A stretch of 64,000 nucleotides of DNA from the NCBI GenBank assembly GCA_001784285.1, contig MFQC01000011.1, positions 67,640 to 131,639 on the forward strand. Reading direction: 5' to 3'. The notes beneath the pieces are model-generated. The model did not search any database, was not told the DNA's origin, and was given only the letters and a program-made list of their open reading frames with translations. Positions 10,250 through 19,477 of the stretch are shown in pieces; position 1 is the first letter of the stretch; each line of letters starts with the position of its first letter. Made by a program: the position numbers and the translations under genes. Source of the stretch: Candidatus Magasanikbacteria bacterium RIFCSPHIGHO2_02_FULL_48_18. Its GTDB lineage: Bacteria; Patescibacteriota; Patescibacteriia; Magasanikbacterales; UBA922.

Positions 10250-11158
10250 ATGCATCCAGCATTTAAAGAAAATCCTTGCAATATCTGCCATGGTACGGAC
10301 ACAAAAGTTATTTATCCAGCGACACTTCCCGAGGATCTCTCTCTCGAAATAACAAAAAGATTCGCTCCCGCAGACCATGCAAAGGGAAATGACCAAATTG
10401 TTCAGTGTAACGTATGTGGGCTTGCATATGCCAACCCTCGAATGAAACAAGAATATATCTGGCAAGGATACAGCGAAGCGGTTGATACAAAATATGCAAC
10501 CCAAGCCGAAGAGCGAATCAACACGTTTAAACGTACCCTCCGGCTAATCCAACGATACGTCCCCGCAAAAGGGACGCTTATTGACATTGGATGCGCGGCG
10601 GGATTTTTTCTTAAAGTCGCGAAAGATGCCGACTGGAATGTCAAAGGAATCGAACCAAACAAAGGACTCGCGGAATTCGGTCGCGCTACCTACGGGGTCG
10701 ACATACAATCAAAAAATTTCCTTGACTCCGGCCTTGCGCAAGAATCATTTGACGTTGTTACTTTCTGGGATGTGCTGGAGCACGTGTCTGATCCCAGTGC
10801 ATACATTCGAGAATCATATCGCCTGTTAAAACCTCACGGGTTTATTTTCCTCAATTTTCCTGATTTTGGTTCTCGTCTTGCGAGGTGGAGTGGGCAAAAA
10901 TGGTGGTTTCTTTCACCGGTGCATATTTATTACTTCAATCGTTCCACGATAAAAAAACTTCTGGAGCAACAAGGATTTACAGTAAAAAAAATACAAATGC
11001 ACTGGCAAACGCTTGCACTCGGTTATCTTTTTGAACGATTTGCGGATTACAATAAAACAATATCAAAAATTGGCGTGTTTCTTTGCAACATGTTGCGAAT
11101 AGACAAATTACCTATTCGGTACTATGCCGGCCAAGCGCTTGTTATCGCTCAAAAGTAA
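10250..11158 (+). CDS. zinc-ribbon (CxxC...CxxC) plus class I SAM-dependent methyltransferase
   Basis: CNICHG...CNVCGLAYANP, then LIDIGCAAGFFLKVAKD motif I and DVVTFWDVLEHV; about 75% identical paralogue at 13349..14287. Confidence 0.7.
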   Translation: MHPAFKENPCNICHGTDTKVIYPATLPEDLSLEITKRFAPADHAKGNDQIVQCNVCGLAYANPRMKQEYIWQGYSEAVDTKYATQAEERINTFKRTLRLIQRYVPAKGTLIDIGCAAGFFLKVAKDADWNVKGIEPNKGLAEFGRATYGVDIQSKNFLDSGLAQESFDVVTFWDVLEHVSDPSAYIRESYRLLKPHGFIFLNFPDFGSRLARWSGQKWWFLSPVHIYYFNRSTIKKLLEQQGFTVKKIQMHWQTLALGYLFERFADYNKTISKIGVFLCNMLRIDKLPIRYYAGQALVIAQK

Positions 11159-11163
11159 CACCT

Positions 11164-11913
11164 ATGTATTTTTTCATTCTTTTCAAAAATCTTGCTATCA
11201 CGCTCTGTCGGGGGTTGGCTCTTCCTATAGTGATGAAACGCATCATGAGAGAAGGCCACGAAGCAGTGCTCCCCCGTGCGACCTATGCTCCGTGGCGCAC
11301 AGATGTTTCTTTTCTTTCATGCTACCAAAAAATAAAATCATTCACATTAGTTGATATCTATCGATGTTACGAATTATGGCAGCTCGTTCAGCAGACAAAA
11401 AAACTTGACGGTGCGCTGATAGAGGTTGGCGTATGGCGTGGTGGTACCGGAGCGATTATCGCGCAGAGAACAAAAGAGATGGGCGACAAAAATCCTGTCT
11501 ACTTGTGCGATACGTTTCAGGGTGTTGTAAAAACAAGCGCGCATGATACATATTACAAGGGGGGCGAATGGAAAAATACCTCTGGACAGATCGTCCAACA
11601 ACTTCTCAGCGGTCTTGGTCTTATAGACAGTGTTCGGATTCTCCAAGGTATATTCCCAGAAGAAACAGGCCACGCCATACAGGAACAAAAAATAAAATTT
11701 TGCCACATTGATGTTGATGTCTATACTTCCGCGAAGGATATAACCACGTGGATATGGGATAAATTAGTAGTGGGAGGAATACTTGTATACGACGACTTTG
11801 GCTTCCCTTCTTGTGATGGTGTAAGAAAACTTGTTCATGAGGAATATGAAAAAAATGACCGGATTATCATCCACAATCTGAATGGACATGCAGTTGTTAT
11901 CAAAATACGTTAA
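11164..11913 (+). CDS. TylF/MycF-family (macrocin-O-methyltransferase-like) sugar O-methyltransferase
   Basis: ATYAPW...DGALIEVGVWRGG...VYLCDTFQG...FCHIDVDVYTS...GGILVYDD match the TylF-family signature blocks; alternative ATG at 11233. Confidence 0.6.
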   Translation: MYFFILFKNLAITLCRGLALPIVMKRIMREGHEAVLPRATYAPWRTDVSFLSCYQKIKSFTLVDIYRCYELWQLVQQTKKLDGALIEVGVWRGGTGAIIAQRTKEMGDKNPVYLCDTFQGVVKTSAHDTYYKGGEWKNTSGQIVQQLLSGLGLIDSVRILQGIFPEETGHAIQEQKIKFCHIDVDVYTSAKDITTWIWDKLVVGGILVYDDFGFPSCDGVRKLVHEEYEKNDRIIIHNLNGHAVVIKIR

Positions 11914-11926
11914 GCGAATATTTCGT

Positions 11927-12600
11927 ATGCAATTACTTTCAATCATCATACCGGTATTCAACGAAAAAAAACCATTAAAGAACTTATACGCCGTGTGGAA
12001 GAAGTTGACTTCCCACTAGCAAAAAAAGAAATCATCATCGTGGATGATGGATCAACTGATGGAACACTGGAGCTATTAAAACAAGACATAGCACAGACAC
12101 ACACGGTCATTCCCCATATAAAAAATCAAGGAAAAGGAGCGGCGATTAGAAGTGGACTGCGTGCAGCCCATGGCGATTTCTTTATCATTCAAGATGCTGA
12201 CTTAGAATACAATCCAAAAGATATCGTCCCTTTACTTCAGGTGCTTCTGGATGGACCGCATGAAATCGCCTTCGGCTCTCGTGCATTGGGCATGGTTGAT
12301 ACAAAACAATATGAATCGTCCATCTTTTATCTTGGCGGCAAACTAGTGACATGGTGGACAAATTTTCTTTACAAGACGCATCTCACGGACCAGGCAACAT
12401 GTTATAAAATGTTTACTAAAAAAGTTCTCGAATCTATCCACCTCACATGCGCTGGATTTGAATTTTGCGCTGAATTTACTGGCAAAGCTTTAAACGCTCA
12501 ATACACAATCCATGAAGTGCCTATATCCTACAAACCGCGAGGGAAAAAAGATGGCAAAAAAATTAAACTAAAAGATAGCCATACTTGTCCCCCTTTCTTT
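11927..12600 (+). pseudogene. GT2 polyprenyl-phosphate sugar synthase-like gene inactivated by a -1 frameshift in an A8 homopolymer
   Basis: ATG 11927 gives MQLLSIIIPVFNEKK then runs out of frame at A8 (11964..11971); the -1 frame continues TIKELIRRVEEVDF..., colinear with the intact paralogue 14651..15349. Confidence 0.6.
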
Positions 12601-13290
12601 CTCTATATACCGCATACGGCTCTTGGGTCGCAATATTGGGGCATTGTGGCCCTTGGACACGCAACGCATAGAGCATTCCTTCAACCATTTGCAGTCCTCC
12701 TTTTTTATTTTCTCTTTACTTTCCGAGACCAAACAAAATACCTAGCCATTGCCTTCTTTGATTTTGGATTGGTCAGCGCGCTCTATCCAACCCAAGCGTA
12801 GTATCTCGTTCTTATCAGCCTTGTTTGTTTTGTATGGTTCTACAAATTTCAGGCCCATGCCTGGAAGAAAGCTTTTCTTTTTGGCGTCAGTTTTGTTGTC
12901 GGGGCTCTTCCTTCCGTGGTGCCCAATCTTACTGTCGGACTCAATATTGATCCGCTGTCATCCTCTCTTGTCGCCAAATTCAACGAAGCGTTGCGTTACC
13001 GATTCAGTTATACTTTTTATCCGGAGAGCCTTTTTATCCATGACCGCTCCCCGCAAGACTTTATTTCTTGGTACGATCGGCTTCGCGCCCAGGAAGAGGC
13101 CTACCAGAAAAATGATTTTATGCTTTTGTCCGGTCTTTCCCATGAACGTCATACGGCTATTGTGATAGAACAAAAAAAATGGAGCGCCCCCATACCCCCA
13201 TCGCTCATATGGCATCAAAATCCAGACTATATCGTGGCCAAACCGGCTCTCCGGAAAGACAACGCCGAGCAGGAACCCGAGAGTTGAGAA
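12600..13290 (+). pseudogene. decayed remnant of the GT-C-like membrane protein gene, fused in frame to the GT2 pseudogene, with internal deletion and frameshifts
   Basis: SQYWGIVALGHATHRAFLQPF... follows GT2 residues KIKLKD in one ORF; LNIDPL..FNEALRYRFSYTFYP and WYDRLRAQEEAY blocks appear in two other frames; about 200 codons of the 8623 paralogue are missing. Confidence 0.55.
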
Positions 13291-13348
13291 AAAAACATAA
13301 TTTGGGTATACTGGAACAGTTCTTATCTTAATAATCCCTCCGCCCTGT

Positions 13349-14287
13349 ATGCTTCACCCTGCCTTTGAAGAAATCGCATGCAATATTTGTGGCCAACAGA
13401 AGACAAAAATTATTTATCCAAGCACCCTGCCCCAAGACTTGTCTCTTGCAGTGACCGAACGTTTTGCTCCCGCAGACCATGCAAAAGGCAACGATCAAAT
13501 CGTGCAATGCCTCAACTGCGGTTTGGCGTACGCAAATCCGCGCATGAAAGCCGACTACATTTGGCAAGGGTATAGCGACGCCGTTGATACGAAGTATGTC
13601 ACTCAGGCGGAAGAGCGAATGAGGACCTTCAAACGGACCATACGCATTATTGAACAATACCAACCACAAAAAGGAAAGCTATTGGACATCGGGTGTGCCG
13701 CCGGTTTTTTTTTGAAGGTGGCAAAAGACGCAGGATGGAATGTCCAAGGCGTTGAACCAAACAAAGGACTCGCAACATTCGGCGCCGCGCGATATGACGT
13801 TCCCATTCTTTCAAAGAATTTCCTCTCGTCCGAACTGGAAGCATCCGCATACGATGTCGTCACTTTTTGGGATGTCCTGGAACATGTTCCGGACCCATCC
13901 GCCTATATCCGTGAATCGCACCGAATCCTCAAACCCGGCGGCTTTCTCTTTTTGAATTTTCCTGATTTTGGTTCGCGTCTTGCTCAATGGAGCGGACAAA
14001 AATGGTGGTTTTTGTCTCCCGTGCATATTTATTACTTTAATCGTCAAACCATCAGCGCGTTGCTCCAAAAAGAAAAATTCGCCGTACAAAAAATCAACAT
14101 GCATTGGCAAACCCTTTCGTTGGGATATCTTTTTGGAAAATTTGCCGATTATAACCGGTTCATTTCAAAAACGGGCGTCGCCCTTTCCAAAATGCTCGGC
14201 ATGTATCGGCTTCCTGTTCGATACTACGCAAGCCAGGCTATGGCAATCGCTCAAAAACCGCATACATCGTATGACAAAACTCATTAA
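13349..14287 (+). CDS. zinc-ribbon plus class I SAM-dependent methyltransferase (paralogue of 10250..11158)
   Basis: CNICGQ...CLNCGLAYANP; LLDIGCAAGFFLKVAKD; colinear with 10250..11158. Confidence 0.7.
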   Translation: MLHPAFEEIACNICGQQKTKIIYPSTLPQDLSLAVTERFAPADHAKGNDQIVQCLNCGLAYANPRMKADYIWQGYSDAVDTKYVTQAEERMRTFKRTIRIIEQYQPQKGKLLDIGCAAGFFLKVAKDAGWNVQGVEPNKGLATFGAARYDVPILSKNFLSSELEASAYDVVTFWDVLEHVPDPSAYIRESHRILKPGGFLFLNFPDFGSRLAQWSGQKWWFLSPVHIYYFNRQTISALLQKEKFAVQKINMHWQTLSLGYLFGKFADYNRFISKTGVALSKMLGMYRLPVRYYASQAMAIAQKPHTSYDKTH

Positions 14288-14639
14288 TATCGGCATTATC
14301 CTCGTGAATGTTGCCCTGGCCGTGAGCGGCCAGGTTGCTATTAAAATAGGGATGAAGCAGATCGGCTATATCACCTCAGGAAATACCCTCTCTCTTATTC
14401 TGAAATCATTTTCCAATTGGTATGTTCTTTTTGGACTGGGAGCGTACGCGTTGGCCGCAGTGACATGGATTGTCGTACTCTCCCGGGTGGAGCTGAGTTA
14501 TGCCTATCCTCTGTTGAGTCTGGGATATGTCGCTATTGTGCTTATATCCATACTCTTTCTCAAAGAACCGCTCAGCATTTTTCGTCTTCTCGGCACCGCC
14601 CTCATTATTGCCGGGGTGGTTCTTATTTTCAAAAGCTGA
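14271..14639 (+). CDS. small 4-TM DMT/SMR-like membrane protein (ArnE/ArnF/GtrA-like lipid-linked sugar flippase subunit)
   Basis: 122 aa, four hydrophobic helices (IGIILVNVALAVSGQVAIKIG...LIIAGVVLIF); ATG 14271 overlaps the upstream stop by 17 nt. Confidence 0.6.
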   Translation: MTKLINIGIILVNVALAVSGQVAIKIGMKQIGYITSGNTLSLILKSFSNWYVLFGLGAYALAAVTWIVVLSRVELSYAYPLLSLGYVAIVLISILFLKEPLSIFRLLGTALIIAGVVLIFKS

Positions 14640-14650
14640 GCCATGATGGT

Positions 14651-15349
14651 ATGCCAACACTCTCCATTATTATACCGGTATACAACGAACGGCACACGAT
14701 CCTTCCCCTTCTCAAACGGGTTGAATCGGTTGATTTCAAAGATGTGCGCAAAGAAATTATTATCGTGGATGACGGTTCCACAGACGGCACCACAGAACTC
14801 CTCCAGCAACATATTGTGCCAAGACACATAGTGCTTTTTCATGAAAACAATAAGGGCAAAGGGACGGCAATCCGGACAGGGTTGAAAAAAGCGACCGGGG
14901 ATTTCCTTGTGGTCCAGGATGCGGATCTTGAATATGAGCCGCATGATCTTCTTTTCCTCCTTGCGGCCATGGAAGAAAAACAACACCCCGTCGTTTTTGG
15001 ATCGCGAGCGCTCGGTAAAAACAAAACATATTCGTCGTATATCTTTCATATAGGGGGAAAAATGGTCACGTGGTGGACAAATGTTCTGTTTGGCACATCG
15101 CTGACCGATGAAGCAACATGCTATAAAATGTTTACCAGACCCGTCCTCAATGCCATCACGCTTACTTGCACGGGATTTGAATTTTGTCCGGAATTCACCG
15201 CAAAAGTACTGAATGCCGGATATGCCATCCACGAAGTGCCAATTTCGTATATGCCTCGAGGAAAAAAAGAAGGAAAAAAAATAAAAGTCAAGGATGGACT
15301 CACCGCATTCTGGACGCTTCTTACATTGCGGCTCACGCGCACGATATGA
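14651..15349 (+). CDS. GT2 polyprenyl-phosphate sugar synthase-like glycosyltransferase (DPM1/GtrB-like, soluble form)
   Basis: LSIIIPVYNE...IIVDDGSTDGT...VVQDADLEYEP; intact paralogue of the pseudogene at 11927. Confidence 0.75.
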   Translation: MPTLSIIIPVYNERHTILPLLKRVESVDFKDVRKEIIIVDDGSTDGTTELLQQHIVPRHIVLFHENNKGKGTAIRTGLKKATGDFLVVQDADLEYEPHDLLFLLAAMEEKQHPVVFGSRALGKNKTYSSYIFHIGGKMVTWWTNVLFGTSLTDEATCYKMFTRPVLNAITLTCTGFEFCPEFTAKVLNAGYAIHEVPISYMPRGKKEGKKIKVKDGLTAFWTLLTLRLTRTI

Positions 15350-16791
15350 TCTCACCAACGTTTGACACACCCTCATTTGCAAAGCAAACCGGAAGCGCCG
15401 CTATTTTTGGCGCCGGCCCGACAGGGCTTTCCACGGCATGGCGACTGGCAAAACATGGATGGAAAGTGACGCTCATAGAAAAAGAAAAAGAACTCGGCGG
15501 CCATGGCGGGACGCATACCATTCACGGCTATGACGTGGATAACGGACCCCACAAATTGTACCCCCAAGTTCCTTGCGCCAAACCATTTATTGATCATTTT
15601 GTCGGAAAAGATTTGCTGACCATGTCAAAAAAAAGCAGTGTCTATGTGCGGGAAACGTATATTCCTTTTCCTTTTGGATTGGGCGATTTATTCCATGGAC
15701 TCGGCCTTATGACCGGCCTTCGATGCGGAATAGGATATGGCCTGGGAAAAATAGAACGTGTATTTCGCGGAAGCCCATCCACATATACTGACTTTGTCAT
15801 TGCCCAGTATGGCCGGTACGCGCATGAATTGGTATTTCGGCAAGTGGCAGAAAAACTGTGGGGGGATCCCGACACGCTCCACGTCCAACTTGCAAAAACA
15901 CGCATCATTGCGCCAAACGTGTGGGAACTCATCGGCCAATTGCTTTTTAGGACGCGAAATAAGCCCAAATTGAGCGCTGACGAATTTTATTATCCACGGC
16001 ATGGATTGCGCCAACTATGGGAATCGGTGGGAACAGAAATCGAAACGCATGGAGGAACCATTATTCGAGAAACAAAGCCAACCCATATACTATCCAACAA
16101 AACTGGAGGATTTGAGGTAACATACCAAGGAAACGACACAGAACACACAATACAGTCGGATGTGATTATTTCGACAATTCCACTCAAGGCCGCTCTTCAT
16201 CTTTTGGATCCTGCCCCCCCTTCTCAAATCACGGACGCCATGAACCATCTCGCCTACAGTTCTCTCCTGGTTGTCTACCTCGTGGTTGACACCCCGCGGC
16301 TTCTGCCCGTCAATTGGATTTTTTTTCCAGAAAAAAATCTCCACTTTGCTCGGCTTTCAGAACAAAAAGGATTCAGCGAAACCATGGTGCCAAAAGATAA
16401 AACGGTCCTCATGGTTGAAATTCCGCTCGCCAGGCCCGCCATTGCCTCCATGGACCGCGAATGCCTCATTGCTGAAGCCATCGAGCAATTGCGCCGTGTC
16501 GGCATTCTCAAACCAATTCACCATATTGTGGATATGTTTACAGGATATAATGATTCGATTTATCCGATTTATGATACACAGTCTCTCGGCCGTCTGGAGA
16601 CGATTCTTTCATGGACAGACAACATACCAAATTTCTATCTCAATGGACGGCTGGGGTTGTTCTGCTACAATAATATGGACCATAGCATGGAAATGGGGTT
16701 AGCTCTTGGCGACCATATCGCCTCGCAACAACCCGCTCCTGCCTGGATACAAACGAGAAAAAGCTTCTACGACTATAAAATAGTCGACTAA
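15346..16791 (+). CDS. FAD/NAD(P)-binding oxidoreductase (amine-oxidase / protoporphyrinogen-oxidase-like fold)
   Basis: Rossmann dinucleotide motif AIFGAGPTGLSTAWRLAK...LIEKEKELGG; its ATG overlaps the GT2 TGA (ATGA). Confidence 0.7.
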   Translation: MISPTFDTPSFAKQTGSAAIFGAGPTGLSTAWRLAKHGWKVTLIEKEKELGGHGGTHTIHGYDVDNGPHKLYPQVPCAKPFIDHFVGKDLLTMSKKSSVYVRETYIPFPFGLGDLFHGLGLMTGLRCGIGYGLGKIERVFRGSPSTYTDFVIAQYGRYAHELVFRQVAEKLWGDPDTLHVQLAKTRIIAPNVWELIGQLLFRTRNKPKLSADEFYYPRHGLRQLWESVGTEIETHGGTIIRETKPTHILSNKTGGFEVTYQGNDTEHTIQSDVIISTIPLKAALHLLDPAPPSQITDAMNHLAYSSLLVVYLVVDTPRLLPVNWIFFPEKNLHFARLSEQKGFSETMVPKDKTVLMVEIPLARPAIASMDRECLIAEAIEQLRRVGILKPIHHIVDMFTGYNDSIYPIYDTQSLGRLETILSWTDNIPNFYLNGRLGLFCYNNMDHSMEMGLALGDHIASQQPAPAWIQTRKSFYDYKIVD

Positions 16792-16819
16792 TCTCAAATG
16801 GTGTACGAGTGATCTCCCT

Positions 16820-17944
16820 ATGCGTCCCATTATTTGTTTTACATCCTTTGCCGCCTACCCCCTGTTTCATCCGGAATATGTCGCGCCGCATGGGGGCGCA
16901 GAGGTGGAGCTTTTTTTTCTTGCAAAAAAATTCGCGGAGAAAAAAAATACGGTGCATATGGTTGTCGGCGATCTGGGACAGCCAAAAATAGAAACAGTAG
17001 AAAACGTCCGCCTTTGGCGAGGGATCCCCATACAGCAATCCACTGTACTTTTCGGTATCATGCGAACGCTGTCTCTCTTCCGAACATGGAAAGACATAAA
17101 CGCGGATATATACCTGGTAAAGGGCGCCGGGTGGATAACGTTCCAATTAGCTCTCTTTTGTACGCTCTACAAAAAAAAATATATTATGAAAACATCGCAT
17201 AAAAAAAATATAGACCTCTCGCTGAAGAAAAAGCCGTACCATGCTTTTTATCGCTGGGCGCTCACGCGCGCGGACGCGGTCATCGTTCAAAATAAAGAAG
17301 ACATCGGCATCATACAACAAAATTATCATATCGCCGCAAAAGTCATCAAAAATTATCATCCCATTCCTCCGCCAAGAAAACCGGCGTCTCCGGGGACGCC
17401 CCTCATGCTTGTCTGGGTCGGCAGGATAACCTCCATCAAACGCCCGCATCTTTTTCTCGATTTGGCCAAAAAATTTCCCGAGCATGTGTTCCGTATGATT
17501 GGATTTATTTCCGACACCGCTTTATGGCAAAAAATAAAAAAAGAATCCGAACGCATACCCAATCTTACTATTATAACAAACGAGCCGCATCATAAAATGG
17601 ATCAACACTACCAACAAGCAAGTCTGCTCGTCAGCACATCTTCTCTCGAAGGATTCCCAAATACGTTTATTGAAGCTATGAAATGGGGCGTGCCGATAGC
17701 TTCTTTGTCTGTCAACCCGGACCAATGCATTACCAAACATGCTCTTGGCATTGTCGGAAATGATGACCTTGAATACTTCGCAAATCAGCTCAAAACATTG
17801 ATTGAAAACCCAAAAATGATACATCAATACGGCAAAAACGCATATCACTACGCATCAAAAGAATTTGGAGAAAACATTATTCACCAATGGAATGATCTCT
17901 TTGGCGCGACCACCAAAAATTATCCCACGGTTCATACAATATAA
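16820..17944 (+). CDS. glycosyltransferase family 4
   Basis: GRITSIKRPHLF...SSLEGFPNTFIEAMKWGVPIAS. Confidence 0.75.
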   Translation: MRPIICFTSFAAYPLFHPEYVAPHGGAEVELFFLAKKFAEKKNTVHMVVGDLGQPKIETVENVRLWRGIPIQQSTVLFGIMRTLSLFRTWKDINADIYLVKGAGWITFQLALFCTLYKKKYIMKTSHKKNIDLSLKKKPYHAFYRWALTRADAVIVQNKEDIGIIQQNYHIAAKVIKNYHPIPPPRKPASPGTPLMLVWVGRITSIKRPHLFLDLAKKFPEHVFRMIGFISDTALWQKIKKESERIPNLTIITNEPHHKMDQHYQQASLLVSTSSLEGFPNTFIEAMKWGVPIASLSVNPDQCITKHALGIVGNDDLEYFANQLKTLIENPKMIHQYGKNAYHYASKEFGENIIHQWNDLFGATTKNYPTVHTI

Positions 17945-17969
17945 CTATTCTTATCTTGTGAGCATCTCT

Positions 17970-18698
17970 ATGAGTTGGTATACTGCCCGGCTTCATCCAA
18001 AAATATATGAGCCGTCCTATTTAACTCGAAAACAAATCAAAAATGCGATCCAAAAATTTATCCATACAGAAATTGGATCAAAAAAGGAATATACCATTGT
18101 CGACCTTGGTTGCGGTGACGCCCCGTACAAATCCTTATTTCACAACTATGCAAAATACATTGGCGTGGATATTGAAGCGTATACGGACGTCGACATAGTC
18201 GCAAAAATGTGGGACATTCCTCTTCCGGACAATTCCGTCGATTTTTTGTTAAGCACCGAGGTAATAGAGCATTCGGAAAAACCAAAAGAAACTATCGCGG
18301 AAATATGCAGAATTTTGAAACCAGGCGGCAAAGCGCTTCTGACCATTCCATTTCTCTACCCCCTGCATGGCAGTGACGACCGATGGCGCTTTACCATCCA
18401 TGGACTTTCTCAACTCATGGGGGAAGAAAAAAAACATACATGTTCAATACGGCCCTCAAATGGATTCTTTATAACCTATGGCCAGCTCTTCAATGTGCTC
18501 CTCATGCATATTCCTTTTGGAAGATATTTTTATCCGATTTCTTTTCCCATAAATTGTGTCTCCCTTGCGAGTGACTGGCTTTTCAAACAAAGCGTGTTCA
18601 TCATGAGACCGTTTGTAACCAAAGAACAATTCTCTCAAATACGAAAAAGCCTTCTTGAATCGTTCCCGATTCGTTATATCGTCACCATAACCAAATAA
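17970..18698 (+). CDS. class I SAM-dependent methyltransferase
   Basis: IVDLGCGDAPY motif I, VDFLLSTEVIEH, ILKPGGKALLT. Confidence 0.65.
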   Translation: MSWYTARLHPKIYEPSYLTRKQIKNAIQKFIHTEIGSKKEYTIVDLGCGDAPYKSLFHNYAKYIGVDIEAYTDVDIVAKMWDIPLPDNSVDFLLSTEVIEHSEKPKETIAEICRILKPGGKALLTIPFLYPLHGSDDRWRFTIHGLSQLMGEEKKHTCSIRPSNGFFITYGQLFNVLLMHIPFGRYFYPISFPINCVSLASDWLFKQSVFIMRPFVTKEQFSQIRKSLLESFPIRYIVTITK

Positions 18699-18708
18699 AG
18701 GCAAGCCT

Positions 18709-19467
18709 TCATTTCTTTTTTCCAATAAACAGAAGATACGGAGATGTATATTTGTTTTCCCATCGGTGGCATCGAACCAGAAAAAAATTGCCCAACGATT
18801 GGCATGCCTGGAGTATGGTCAGGAAAATTCGCTTCCATCGTCCGTCTGCCTGGAGCATACCCAGATTGAAAACGCCGTAATACCCGCAGAATACCGGCTC
18901 AATGTCCGGACGGACAAAAAGCCTCGAAAAATGCGGGAGCGACATAATGGAAAGATTGTGTATATCCAAAAGACGGGGCGCAAAAAACTTCAACAGCGGC
19001 GTGTAGATGCCCCGAAGATTCGGGATCATCACAAGAAGAAATCCGTCCTTTTTCAGAAATGCCACATGCGCATCAATAACCGGCTCAAGATCGTTGAAAT
19101 GTTCAATAAAACCAAACGACATAACGACGTCAAATGTGTTGCTAAGCCGTGCTTGGAAACCCTTGTCAAAGACATCGGAAAAAAAGATGTGGTCTTCAGA
19201 GAAGCCTAACGCACGAATAATTTTTTGAGCCGTCGCCACTCCTTGCTGGGTATATTCCACTCCATATGGAATTGCAGAGTAGCGTTCGGCAAAACGAGCC
19301 AATTTTCTTCCGGGGGCGCACCCTATTTCAAAAACACGCCGTTTTGGCGTACCCAAAAAAAATTGATCACAAATCTGTTGAAAAATGGCATCCGCGGCAG
19401 AAGTGCGTTTAAAAAAACCGCGTTCTCTATGCCGTTCCTTATTAATATCCGCCCAATGGGCTTCCAT
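18709..19467 (-). CDS. class I SAM-dependent methyltransferase
   Basis: VFEIGCAPGRKLARF motif I, VVMSFGFIEHF, FLKKDGFLLVMIP; alternative starts at 19500 and 19524. Confidence 0.65.
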   Translation of the reverse strand: MEAHWADINKERHRERGFFKRTSAADAIFQQICDQFFLGTPKRRVFEIGCAPGRKLARFAERYSAIPYGVEYTQQGVATAQKIIRALGFSEDHIFFSDVFDKGFQARLSNTFDVVMSFGFIEHFNDLEPVIDAHVAFLKKDGFLLVMIPNLRGIYTPLLKFFAPRLLDIHNLSIMSLPHFSRLFVRPDIEPVFCGYYGVFNLGMLQADGRWKRIFLTILQACQSLGNFFLVRCHRWENKYTSPYLLFIGKKK

Positions 19468-19477
19468 TGAATCCGTA

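Noticed and set aside
14504-15382. 292-aa minus-strand ORF antisense to the GT2 at 14651..15349
   Set aside because: It overlaps a well-supported GT2 gene, is Arg/Cys-rich and has no recognisable domains.
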